Of a DNA stretch of 64,000 nt, positions 1-10,055 are shown piece after piece. Position 1 is the first letter of the stretch. Every line of letters begins with the position of its first letter. Both the position numbers and the translations under genes were made by a program. The notes beneath the pieces are model-generated. The model had not been told where the DNA came from. It ran no database searches and saw only the letters and a list, made by a program, of their open reading frames with translations. This stretch comes from an uncultured cyanobacterium (GTDB taxonomy: Bacteria > Cyanobacteriota > Cyanobacteriia > Cyanobacteriales > CAWUOF01): NCBI GenBank assembly GCA_963744145.1, contig CAVUSO010000001.1, positions 3,328,001 through 3,392,000 of the forward strand. The letters are read 5' to 3'.

Positions 1-86
1 AGTATCACTGGATATTGAAGATTCAAATAGTATTCCAATGGCGGTTTTTCAAGTTCCGGATTCTTCTGATTCAATGTTTTCATCAT
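1..86 (-). CDS. hicB: HicB-family antitoxin, N-terminal part (runs off window start)
   Basis: Manual translation MMKTLNQKNPELEKPPLEYYLNLQYPVI; the LEYYLxLxYP start is HicB-like and overlaps the hicA 3' end. Confidence 0.7.
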   Translation of the reverse strand, partial: MMKTLNQKNPELEKPPLEYYLNLQYPVI

Positions 87-324
87 TCCATTCTTCCAAT
101 TTCAATAGTTCAACTATTTGCTGTACGTAAACTCCCTTAACTTTCTGTCCACCTTTTTTGGGGATAGTAATCTTTCTTCCCTGGGAGTCTCGGAAACTGT
201 GATGACTACCCTTAGACCTTTTTTCTTGAAATCCAAAAGCTAACAAAATATACACTACATCCTCAAAGCGCACTTCTGGTGGTTGATTGAGGAATTGCTC
301 GACTAATTTTTTTAATTTGCCCAT
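49..324 (-). CDS. hicA: HicA-family toxin (mRNA interferase)
   Basis: 91 aa; GFQEKRSKGSHHSF...ITIP motif. Confidence 0.85.
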   Translation of the reverse strand: MGKLKKLVEQFLNQPPEVRFEDVVYILLAFGFQEKRSKGSHHSFRDSQGRKITIPKKGGQKVKGVYVQQIVELLKLEEWNDENIESEESGT

Positions 325-985
325 GAAAGCAAGGTAAAGCGATCGCAGTATTGATCATAATTGATAATTGACAATTAATACCAATTCACCATGAAGATAC
401 ATTGATGTATATTGATCTGTGGGTGAGGGTGGGTTTTGATGATTAGTAGGTAAATGTCAAACATCTCGGTGAACCCGGGCGGGTTTTTCTAATTAATTGG
501 TAAATTTCAAAAATCTGGGCGAACCCGCCCCTACTACAGAAATCCGCAAATTGAGGATAAAATTGGTAGATACTGTCTTGATTTGTCAATGGGTAGCGAT
601 CGCCAAATTGCCTAATTAGGGTCAAAGAGTTTAGCAGATTTGAAAATCGCCAAAATATGGTTAGGGATTTTACCATTAAAGCACTAATCTCCTGGATTTT
701 TACCTGACCCACGCAGCCATCATCTCTCACTCATTAATGGGAGTAATGAGTGGTGAAGCATCGTGACTGTGGGCAGAAAGGCGAGCATTTTTGGCACTGG
801 AAACCCGACGGATTGACCCTAACTATAGAGCCACCGTTTGTTCACCCAGACTGGGAATAGAAGTCAACCAGTTCCGTAGTTGTTTAAGCGAGATCCTCTC
901 GATGCACAGTCGTCAGTTTCGTCTGTTCATCTTGGTTGAGGGATGAACATGTTCTGGTGGCGAGATTTCGCCCGCCAGATCCCGT

Positions 986-1972
986 CTAGACGGGTAAAGG
1001 GGTAGCGCTCGCGTAATTGGGGTCAAAAGGTGTTTGGGATTTTAAAATCCCAAACGCCAAATGTAGGAGTTTTCGCATCAGGGCTCCAACCACCTGCATT
1101 TTTACCTTCCCACGCTCCAATAATCGCTCACTCATTGCCTTGAGTAATGGGTTATGACTCATCGCTACTACGGCGGGCATATACAGCGCTTTTCGCAGTC
1201 GAGTATTGCCTATACAAGACAAGCGAGTTTTACCATGAACTGAAGTTCCTGAACTCCGCTCGCAGGGATTTAACCCAACATAAGCAACTAATTGGCGGGC
1301 ATTTTTATAATCGGTAATCCGACCAATTTCAGCTAACAATACAGCCGCAGTTTGTTCGCCAATTCCCGGAATTGAAGTCAACAGCTCACGTTGTTTTTTC
1401 AAATGGGGATGTTGGTCAAAATGGTCGCGAATTAATTGTTTGATCTCGGCTTGTTGTTGGGCGAGATATTCTAGATGCTTTCTCGTTATCAGCGCGACAG
1501 ATTCGCTCTCGGTTTCGAGCCGATTCTGCTCCTGTTGCGCGATTTCGATGAAGGATTCTAGTCGTCTGAGTAGGGCTTGTAATTCCTTAACTTCCGGTGC
1601 TGTTGGTTTCCAAAATGACGGCTTCATCGCCACACAAAAACGCGCAATTAAGCCTGCATCTACCGCGTCGGTTTTCGTTCGCAGGAGTTCACTTTTGGCA
1701 AATCCTTTGATCCGCGCTGGATTAACGATACTTACCTGATAACCAGCTTGGTAGAGGAATTCAGCTAATGCTTCCCCATAAATACTGGTCGCTTCTAAGC
1801 AAGCATGAAGTTCTACCACACCTTGACATTTGAGCCATTGTGCTAAACTTTCAAACCCTTCTAGATCATTAGTAAACTTTTTTGGTTTTGGCTTTTTCCC
1901 ACAGTCCAGTTTCAATAAAACGACATGAAAGTCTTTTTTACTGATGTCTATTCCTAAGACTGTAGATGTCAT
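986..1972 (-). CDS. IS110-family transposase / bridge recombinase
   Basis: GIDISK, LEAT, KTDAVDA (DEDD RuvC), SIPGIG and the SSG serine motif are intact. Confidence 0.95.
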   Translation of the reverse strand: MTSTVLGIDISKKDFHVVLLKLDCGKKPKPKKFTNDLEGFESLAQWLKCQGVVELHACLEATSIYGEALAEFLYQAGYQVSIVNPARIKGFAKSELLRTKTDAVDAGLIARFCVAMKPSFWKPTAPEVKELQALLRRLESFIEIAQQEQNRLETESESVALITRKHLEYLAQQQAEIKQLIRDHFDQHPHLKKQRELLTSIPGIGEQTAAVLLAEIGRITDYKNARQLVAYVGLNPCERSSGTSVHGKTRLSCIGNTRLRKALYMPAVVAMSHNPLLKAMSERLLERGKVKMQVVGALMRKLLHLAFGILKSQTPFDPNYASATPLPV

Positions 1973-1989
1973 AAGTTTCGACCGATGTC

Positions 1990-2185
1990 GAGTTGATGGG
2001 TGAGAACTTGACAGACATTAAACTAACCTTGTTAATACAGGCTATCTCGTGACCACGAGTGCCTTAGATACTGTCGAGTTTTCTGTGCGTCTGTCATCAG
2101 CGACTGGGAGCTTATCTACAAAACAGACTTATGAGGTCTGAGGGGCGGGCCAACTTCACCACTTGCTGATGTTCTTCAGCACACT
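1990..2185 (-). ncRNA. Predicted IS110 bridge RNA (boundaries approximate)
   Basis: Target loop: CCCGCCCCT (2149-2141), hairpin, TGTAG (2120-2116). Donor loop: ACAGTATCT (2074-2066), hairpin, ACAAG (2032-2028). Confidence 0.8.
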
Positions 2186-2452
2186 TTCTCATCTCTACTG
2201 AGCTGAGGTCGAAAACTTTTCTAGTTTCTTTAGATTTCTCACTAATCCTTGATGTACCTGCATCTTGGTAGTCCAATTATCTGTATCCTTTAAAGATACA
2301 AGGGGCAGGTTCACCAGTCAATTTTGCCACCAACAGATCACCATTATAAACCTGCCCTGACCTAACAGATCAACCTCAGATTAAGTGCAATTTCATAGTT
2401 AATTGGTATAACCCGAACTCGGATTAATTGTCTTCTTCCTCACAATCTGTTC

Positions 2453-3202
2453 CTAAACTTCTGGCTCAATTCCAGCAGCGCGAAGTTGGGCTGCTAATTT
2501 TTCAGTGCGAATCCGTTCCTGTTCAGCGCGAATCCGTTCCTGTTCAGTTCGTTGACGTTCTTGGGCCATTTGCTCGGTAGCCCACAACAATAAATTCCCC
2601 AACTCATCCCACCAGCGTAGCCAATAACCCTGACGGTTTTCTCGATTTCCCTCCCATACCCCTAAAAAAAGTTGCATTTCCGGTATCCAAAACCGTTTTT
2701 GTTCTGATGCTGTCTCTAATCGATACTGTTTTGCCTCACTAAAACGATATAGTTCTAATGTGCCTGTTCTTGGCTCAAAAATGCCATAATTGGGCACTTG
2801 CAAAATCTGTTCGTAGTAGAAGAATTTTCCTGGAGGGTAAGTTTCTTTGATCGAATACTCTCCTCCTCCTGTATCTGATAAAAACTCTAATACTAAAGCC
2901 GGAATTTCGCCTTGAAGTCGAGGGGTATAACTACGAACAACTTCTGAACGGTCTACAGCGATCGGATAAATGTACGCCCAATCAGGAGCTTTCACCACTG
3001 TCTTCCCATTAATAGTGGCACAAATACCATAGTTGGTGGGAGTAAGGGCATTTTCTGGTAGTTTACCAGCCAATAGTAAGCTTTCAGTTAATGCCGCAGC
3101 CAGTGCCGGTTGATTAATATTATCCACAGGATCATCAGGTAATACAAAATCATCGGGTAACTTTTCCCAGGTAACCGTGTAAGTGGGGGTGGTAGCTAAC
3201 AT
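2453..3202 (-). CDS. Uma2-family (DUF820) putative endonuclease
   Basis: KAPDW, VLEFLS, YEQILQVPNYGIF motifs and a C-terminal coiled-coil repeat. Confidence 0.85.
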   Translation of the reverse strand: MLATTPTYTVTWEKLPDDFVLPDDPVDNINQPALAAALTESLLLAGKLPENALTPTNYGICATINGKTVVKAPDWAYIYPIAVDRSEVVRSYTPRLQGEIPALVLEFLSDTGGGEYSIKETYPPGKFFYYEQILQVPNYGIFEPRTGTLELYRFSEAKQYRLETASEQKRFWIPEMQLFLGVWEGNRENRQGYWLRWWDELGNLLLWATEQMAQERQRTEQERIRAEQERIRTEKLAAQLRAAGIEPEV

Positions 3203-3285
3203 GATGTTTTGTGTAGAGATAGTAAATTAACGTTATTTATTTTATCATCATTCCAGGTAAGGTCGCATCGTTCGTAGTCAGGGCT

Positions 3286-3624
3286 TTAGCCCCATTGAAT
3301 TATTGTAAAGTTTAGGACATAGATAATTTGTGCTGATTCCAAAATGTTTTTACGTCTCAACCAGTTTTGACTTCGTTCGATCGCTGCTTTAACAATGAGG
3401 TCTACTTTTCGCTCAAAGATAGCTTGAAGTTCATCACGCATTTGTAGTGTTTCAGTTAAACCACGTTGGGCAGTTGGGGCAAAAGTTAGCAATACATCAA
3501 TATCGCTATCAGGATTAAAATCATCTCTGAGAATAGAGCCGAATAGCGCCAATTCGGTAATTTGCCATTTGTGACAGAATTCAGCAATTTTTTCCATTGG
3601 TAAAGCGATCGCAGTATTAATCAT
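3286..3624 (-). CDS. Minimal nucleotidyltransferase (MNT) antitoxin, no HEPN partner adjacent
   Basis: LFGSILRDDFNPDSDIDVL motif. Confidence 0.85.
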   Translation of the reverse strand: MINTAIALPMEKIAEFCHKWQITELALFGSILRDDFNPDSDIDVLLTFAPTAQRGLTETLQMRDELQAIFERKVDLIVKAAIERSQNWLRRKNILESAQIIYVLNFTIIQWG

Positions 3625-3658
3625 AATTGATCATTGACAATTGATATTGTCATTAATT

Positions 3659-4267
3659 TTATTCCCCATTTTCGGCAAAATTAACTTTTTTATACAGTTG
3701 GCTTAAAGAAACTTCTAGATTAATTGATGGGAGAATTAACACTTGATCTTTTAACTCATATTCGGTCAAAATCCATTGATTTTCAGAAGTTTTGACATAT
3801 TGCATTATATAATATTTAGTTTGGTCAATCAGAAGATATTCTTTAAATTCTGGAATTGAGCGATAATAGAGAAATTTATCACCTCGATCGTAATCTTTAG
3901 TAGATTTCGATAAAACTTCTGCAATAAACACAGGATTGGTAACTGTTGTGGTATTTGTCCCGTAATAAATCGGTTGATGTTGAATTACCATGACATCAGG
4001 ATAAGTAAATTCCCGATAGTGAGGTATCCACAATTTCACATCCCCAATATAAACTTCATAGTCTTGATCGTTTAATGCTATGTTTAAACAAGTTGCTAAA
4101 TTCAAAGCCAGTTTATTATGATTGGTAGTACCCCCAGTCATGGGGATAATTTCTCCATCGTGATACTCGTTTTTATGATCGGTTTTTTCTTCCAGTTCTA
4201 AATATTCTTCTGGGGTATAGTAAGCTTTCAGCGTTTTGATCTCAAAAGTAGTAGTTTGCAGTTTCAT
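3659..4267 (-). CDS. Uma2-family putative endonuclease
   Basis: YTPEEYLELE, TYPDVMV, AEVLSKST, YDRGDKF motifs. Confidence 0.88.
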   Translation of the reverse strand: MKLQTTTFEIKTLKAYYTPEEYLELEEKTDHKNEYHDGEIIPMTGGTTNHNKLALNLATCLNIALNDQDYEVYIGDVKLWIPHYREFTYPDVMVIQHQPIYYGTNTTTVTNPVFIAEVLSKSTKDYDRGDKFLYYRSIPEFKEYLLIDQTKYYIMQYVKTSENQWILTEYELKDQVLILPSINLEVSLSQLYKKVNFAENGE

Positions 4268-4306
4268 TAGTTTGGCAAAATTTATTGTATTCGATCGAAC
4301 AGTGCA

Positions 4307-4372
4307 GAGGACAGGTAAGATACCTGTCCCACCAAAAAAAATACTTTTGTGGGACAGACATCTTGCTTGTCC
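4307..4372. repeat. REPIN-like paired palindrome (GACAGGYAAGATRCCTGTCCCAC family)
   Basis: Two inverted palindromic units; related copy at 29916-29978. Confidence 0.65.
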
Positions 4373-4400
4373 TAGTTATTTTATAGCAAAAACACCCAAA

Positions 4401-4982
4401 TTAAAATTCTTCCAACCGGGAAATTACTCTTTCAAGTTCTAGATTAAGGAAATCAGAACCGCGTTGTTGATAAACTTCCAGTAATTTATGATAAAACCAT
4501 AAAGTGTCTTCTTTTCCACCATTAAATTTCTGCCAAACTGCATCACCTTCTCGATCGCAATCCGCTAAGATGGAACGAGCATTATGTAGTTTATCTGCAA
4601 TGGATACTCGTAACACCGAGGGGGAAGCATGACGCATTTGTTCAATATATTGTAACTTGCGATCGCGCCAAGGTAATCTAGGTACAGTGAATGGTTCTGT
4701 ACAACCATCGACAATTTCCACAACTCGCTCACCAAATTGCTTCAGAATTGCTGCTCGTGTTTCTGCTCCTCCTTGATCTTCCACTGCATCATGTAAAAGA
4801 GCTGCGATCGCTTCATCTTCATCCCCATCATTTTCTAATACTAATGCGGTCACACTCAAGAGATGACTAATATAAGGAATATTGCCACTTTTTCTCACTT
4901 GTTTAGCGTGTAATTGTGCAGCATAGACTAAAGCTTGTTCAAAGCGAATGGAAAGTTTTGGATTTTCAGTAGTTTTAGCCAT
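4401..4982 (-). CDS. HD-domain protein (Mesh1/SpoT hydrolase-like)
   Basis: HAKQVRK, PYISH, AALLHDAVED, ADKLHNA motifs. Confidence 0.85.
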   Translation of the reverse strand: MAKTTENPKLSIRFEQALVYAAQLHAKQVRKSGNIPYISHLLSVTALVLENDGDEDEAIAALLHDAVEDQGGAETRAAILKQFGERVVEIVDGCTEPFTVPRLPWRDRKLQYIEQMRHASPSVLRVSIADKLHNARSILADCDREGDAVWQKFNGGKEDTLWFYHKLLEVYQQRGSDFLNLELERVISRLEEF

Positions 4983-5002
4983 AAGGTTTTTCTTGATTGT
5001 TT

Positions 5003-6163
5003 TTCAATTATGATAAAGATGGTAATTATCTTCAATTTCTTTAGCCATCAGCGATCGCAATTCCCAAGGTAAAAATACTTCTACCATAGCACCCCACGCT
5101 CTCAATGACAAATCTGTTCAGAGAAATCGGCAATTTTAACTTGATCCCAGGTTAGTTGTTCTAATTTCTGTATCCGGTCTAATCGATAATCATACCAGCC
5201 AATTTTACCTTTATTTACAGGATCTTGACCAAAGCTAAATAAATAAGGTGCGCGATGGGAATAATAGATGCAAACTGGATAAACAATATATTCTTCTCCT
5301 TCATCTTGATAGCTTTGATAATTTCTAGCACTGATATAGGTTATTTTTATTGGTGGCACTATTGATTGCTGCCAAACTTCCTTCAGTTGTTGTCTGATGG
5401 TGTTAATTTGCTCTGAAAAATTTGCAGGAACAATATACTCAATATCTAAAAAGAAGCGCTGTTTACCATTAATTTCACCTCCGAAATCATTAAAAAAATC
5501 AGCCAGGTCATTTTGAATAACATTACTGACTTTAATTTCCGATTGAGCAATAGGAGGATTGGGATAAATACCAAGATTAGGAAAATCTTCTACGCGACAA
5601 TAGAGAGTTTTACATCTTTTACTATTACAACTTGTTATTTTCTGAATTTTTAGCCATCCCATTTCCACCAATGCTCCAAAATCATATTGAATATTTTTAC
5701 TCGTGATCGCAAATAAACGACCACCTGGTAGGGGTGTTTGCTTGTTGGAATTTTCTCCATTTTTATTGATGATTCCCGATAACAGCAAGCTATCTAATTC
5801 AGATTGAGACATAGAATAAAGTTGTAAGAATGAATGTTGCCATGTTGTAGCTTCACAACCCATATTAGAATCGAATAACCAATCACTAATTGTTTTAGCG
5901 CAGGGACAATTAGGATCGTGATCAGTCGGAATCTTGTAATCTTTATGTTCATGATTGGTTAGATTAAAAAATAGTTTGTTCCACTCACTGTAAGTAAAAT
6001 TTCCACCCAGATCCAACCGCATGGGATCGGATTCATCCCCGTACAGCGATCGCAATAAGACCCATACCCGCACTGCTTTTGGTAAATTTTGTCTCAAAGA
6101 ACCTCTTGCTAGCACTTGTAACAGGTCCACACTGGGACACAAATCAAAGGTTTTACCAAACAT
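5003..6163 (-). pseudogene. CRISPR-associated WYL-domain protein (TIGR03985-like), internally deleted
   Basis: WYL-like YPVCIYY..APYL...WYDYRLDRI; ORF stops at 5102 and the family-like C-terminus RAWGAMVEVFLPWELR follows in another frame. Confidence 0.7.
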
Positions 6164-6272
6164 CATGTTAATCTCTCTCAGTTCCTTTTCCAAATTAACA
6201 GGCTTTGGAAACCTCCATTTCCATAGGGATGAGAGAATAAACCTCATCACTTATGCACAGGACATCAGAGCT

Positions 6273-7608
6273 ATGAATACCGGAATAACCAAGACTAGCT
6301 ATCAAATTCGGTTAGAAGGGGATACCTTAAAAGTAGATTTTGCTAAAAATGCAAAGGGAGAACCAATTCCCGCTGATGGAGACCAAATTGTGCGGGATCT
6401 AGCAACGCAACTGCGGGACATGATTGCTGCTGAGGAAATTAAAGGTGGAAATTTACTGAAAATTAATGGCAGAATTTCGGTGCTAGGTGGTTATACCTTC
6501 GCTCATGAGTTGGCTCATTTGTATCGTGCGATCGCTGTTTCAGATACTCGTTTAGGTGCATACGTGGTTGTGATCAGGTACTGCTACCGAGTATCCTGTT
6601 GGTAGTCGGATTGACATGATTACCGACGAAGTTAAACAAGTTCCTTCTATTTCTAGGGATTTCCCCTCTTTTGTCATCTATTGGGAAGAGGATGTTCTAA
6701 TTGCCAAAATTAACAATGGGATTAAAGTTGATGGTGACCAAATCCTCCGAGATGCAGAAGCAGAATTAGATCAATTAATTAATTCAGGACAACTACCTGG
6801 GGGTAAAGGACTGCTAAAAATTAATGGCAGGTCAACAGTTCTGGCTAGTTTTGTGATCGCTAATAAAGTGGCGCATCTGTATAGCAGTGTAGCAGTTTTT
6901 GATCCTAAACAGGGAGATAAAGGATCAGATCGATATGTGGTAGTAATGAGTCATGGTAAAGACTATCAAGTTGGGGAAACTTTTGATATTAATTATGATC
7001 CACAACCTACAGTTAAAGTCGTCTTATGTGGACCACCGAATACCGGAAAAACTGTAATGAGAGACGGATTAAAGACAGCAATTTTAAATTTAGACAATGC
7101 TCCTGATGATTTTTATACTGTCTCTGGTTGTCCCGATGGTGATGGATCTTGGTACTCAGAAACAGTTGCTAATTATCCTAATTTAGCTCGAAAACTAAAA
7201 GATGAATATAAGGCAAAATTTACCCCCGAATTCGCTAAAGCAAAAACCCGAGAGCTTAAGGTAATTAAAAACTCTCTGTTACTGTTTGATGTGGGTGGTA
7301 AAATTCCCATCTATGAGGATAAAGACATTATGTCTCAAGCTACTCATGCAGTTATTTTAGCGAAAACTGAAGCTGATGTAGCTGCATGGAAAGAACTTTG
7401 TGAAAAAAATCTTGCTCAACCTGTACAAATCATTGCAATTATTTATAGTGATTTCAACGGTAAAAATGACGAAATTACCAGTGAATATCCTATGTTGACA
7501 GGTAAAGTTCATCATTTGGAACGGGGAGAAGATGTTTCTAATCGCCCAATAGTAAAAGCTTTGGCTAAACTTTTAGTCAATTTAACGCCTAAGCTTTTTG
7601 ATAGATAA
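6273..7608 (+). pseudogene. csx3: Csx3-Csx3-P-loop fusion (Crn3 ring nuclease-like), split by a +1 frameshift at ~6577
   Basis: Two LLKINGR...AHLY Csx3-like domains plus Walker A GPPNTGKT; removing one G joins ORFs 6273-6605 and 6616-7608. Confidence 0.75.
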
Positions 7609-7691
7609 AACTCAAACTTTTGATTTCCGTTAAAAGTGGATAAGTTTTGCTGTGGCGATCGCGCGATCGCCATACCTTTATCCAACACCCA

Positions 7692-8040
7692 ATACAATTC
7701 AGTTAACCGTAGGGGATGGGAGCATTTCGACTGATCAATACAGCAGATGACCCATTGAGCAAGTACAGTAAAATTATGGGACAACGTCAGTTTGACGGAC
7801 TAGACAAAGCTGAAAAAAAGGCTGAGACTAGATTTGAAGAATTTGGTCTCAGCCATGCTTCACATGATTATCACGCCGAACTATCACCCAAATATTTGGT
7901 GATCTGGACGATTTTTGTACATATTTTGAGCGCTATTGGCAAACACAGCCCGAACTGACCGCTTTTTCCGGCGAGCGGCCCAGCAGTTCTCGGATGCGTT
8001 TAAGTAGAGGCGCAAGAGCTATACGGTTAACTGAACTGTA
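7692..8040. mobile_element. MITE-like element with TACARTTCAGTTAACCGTA terminal inverted repeats
   Basis: Left end TACAATTCAGTTAACCGTA, right end TACGGTTAACTGAACTGTA; same TIR family at 16780, 60560, 60755 and 61790. Confidence 0.6.
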
Positions 8041-8126
8041 CTGAATTATAACTTTTCAATCCCTAGATTAGAACAGAGCAAAAATTTATGTTGGAAATCC
8101 TAAGACCCACGAAAATACCCAAAAAT

Positions 8127-8396
8127 TCAAATTGCTTGAATCCATTCCTTAATTTCGTATTCAGTCCAAATCCCATTTTGCCAATAAGGATCGTTTTCAA
8201 TGAGCTGACGAACAATAGTTTCGTTTTCTGCTTCGTAGATCCCAAATACTTTAGTTACGTCTTTAGTTGGACCGATGGTAATTAAAACCCCATCTTCTTT
8301 TTGTTTCGTCAGTCTATCCAGATGTGCTTGTCGGTAGGGTGTACGTTTTTCTAAAACATCATCGCAGTAGGTTCCCCAAAGGACGTATTTTGGCAT
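8127..8396 (-). CDS. YciI-family protein
   Basis: RTPYRQAHL, GP and DPY motifs. Confidence 0.85.
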   Translation of the reverse strand: MPKYVLWGTYCDDVLEKRTPYRQAHLDRLTKQKEDGVLITIGPTKDVTKVFGIYEAENETIVRQLIENDPYWQNGIWTEYEIKEWIQAI

Positions 8397-8560
8397 ATTG
8401 TTATGACTTTAGTAAATTTTCTGATCTAGTAGCAATATATCGGATTTCTCGTAAATTTGTGATGAGAACCACTAATTGATTATATATTATTTATTTATAC
8501 TTCGTGAAAAATCAACAATCAATGTAGGGGTCAACAGATATTGACCCCCTAATTAGCAAT

Positions 8561-9634
8561 CTAGCGTACAGTTCCTCTGAGTGCTTCAGCATCAATCCCT
8601 TTAGTTAGATAAATCCGCGCTAAATGACCGACAATTGATAGCTGGAGTGGTAATTTCCGCAATGCTTTTACCCATTTAGGTTGATCAGTCTGATCAATCT
8701 GAGACATAGCCAAATTCAGATCGGAGCACTGATGCAAGCGATCGTAAAATTCGGGATGTTCCGTATCAAGAACTGAAGGAAAAGCACGAGCTGCGGTTTC
8801 ATTAGTTTTGCGAATTACTTCTCGATCGAATTCACTTGCATCGATACCTAGTACATCATAAAAACCAGTACGTTCGTGAACAGTGAGGGTATGGGTAGCA
8901 AAAACAGTCAGTAAGAAAAAGCGACTCCATAAACTAGATTGCCAAGTTTTCCATAACTTGGGCTGCGATCGCAATAGGGCTTTAAAAATATCCCCGTGAC
9001 GATTTTCATCCTGACACCAGCTTTCAAAGTAGCGGAACAAAGGATAAAACTGATTTTCCGGATGTTCTTTTAAATGGTTATATATGATAATATAACGCCA
9101 ATAGCCAATTTTTTCTGATAGATAGACTGTATAAATTACCCATTCGATCGGGAAGAAGGTATAAACCCGATTCTGGGTCAGTTGACCTAAATCTAAGGTA
9201 CAACCAAAATCTGCCATCGCTTTATTCAAAAATCCGGCATGACGAGCTTCATCTCTTGCCATTAAACTAAACATTTCCGAGAGGAGGGGACTACGGTCTT
9301 TGAGTTTGCGGGATAGTTCCTTAAATAGCAAAAAGCCAGAAAATTCCGAAACACAAGACCTTTCTAAATAATCGATAAATGCTTGTCGCGCTTTACCAGT
9401 GACATTGTCCCAGGATTGATTAAACGCTTCATCCCGGACAAAATGGTGACGGTTATAGTCGGCCCGCATTTCTGCTAACATTGCTTCTAATTCTTCTTCC
9501 TGTGCCGATAAGTCCATCTTTGCTGCTGTTTCAAAGTCGGTTGTGTAAAATCGGGGCGTCAGGATATTTTCTTTAATTCCCTTGATTTTGGTCGCAGATC
9601 CATTTAGAGATGGCCGTGGAAGTGAAGTAACCAT
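8561..9634 (-). CDS. acsF: Mg-protoporphyrin IX monomethyl ester oxidative cyclase (probably the low-oxygen ChlAII paralogue)
   Basis: LTPRFYTTDF, DEARHAG, WCQDENRHGD; clustered with ho2/hemN. Confidence 0.95.
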   Translation of the reverse strand: MVTSLPRPSLNGSATKIKGIKENILTPRFYTTDFETAAKMDLSAQEEELEAMLAEMRADYNRHHFVRDEAFNQSWDNVTGKARQAFIDYLERSCVSEFSGFLLFKELSRKLKDRSPLLSEMFSLMARDEARHAGFLNKAMADFGCTLDLGQLTQNRVYTFFPIEWVIYTVYLSEKIGYWRYIIIYNHLKEHPENQFYPLFRYFESWCQDENRHGDIFKALLRSQPKLWKTWQSSLWSRFFLLTVFATHTLTVHERTGFYDVLGIDASEFDREVIRKTNETAARAFPSVLDTEHPEFYDRLHQCSDLNLAMSQIDQTDQPKWVKALRKLPLQLSIVGHLARIYLTKGIDAEALRGTVR

Positions 9635-10055
9635 AGTGTTTAGGTCGTCAACTATAACTCAATGGCTTTTAAGTTATAGTATTTTTTGCTGGTTGAAAAG
9701 ATTGATTGCCAAAAAGGTAATAAAGATTTACCTAATCTGACTTTTATTAATTTATGTAAACTTATTTTTTTCCATCCGCTTGAACCAATTGCTGCTAGTA
9801 TCCTTGATTTAATGTAGATTTATAGTTATGCTTTAGCTGAATTACGGGTTCATCTGGGATAAAAAAAACTTGTAAGTTGTTTATTAAATTTTGTAATCAA
9901 TTAATCTTTTAGTGCTGCATCGCTATAGAGTGATGCAAGATTAAAAAAATTGCTCAAGCAGCGATGGGCTGAAGATCAGCAAGTATCCTGTCCATCACCC
10001 AGGCTGAGTAATTCTTACTAACAGTTAGACCCAAATATTTGATGAGGTATTCTGT

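Larger units (their letters stand above)
568..2302 (-). mobile_element. Complete IS110-family (IS621-like) insertion sequence
   Basis: CT cores at 2301-2302 and 568-569; ends join to ACAGTATCTTGTAT; flanks reconstitute the REP-like site GAACCTGCCCCTAC. Confidence 0.9.

Noticed and set aside
443..730. 95-aa ORF
   Set aside because: It crosses the IS110 boundary and REP repeats and has no recognisable motif.
1440..1739. Antisense ORFs inside long genes (this one and similar ones across the window)
   Set aside because: They are shadow ORFs opposite well-supported genes.
6021..6272. Long N-terminus of the first csx3 ORF, and the WYL start at 6250
   Set aside because: The two would overlap on opposite strands; the likelier starts are 6273 (+) and about 6163 (-).
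7716..7958. 80-aa ORF
   Set aside because: It lies inside a MITE-like element and has no recognisable domain.
9706..9720. ChlR box candidate TTGCC-N5-GGTAA
   Set aside because: Half-site and spacing deviate from the TTMCC-N3/4-GGWAA consensus as I recall it; too weak to call.
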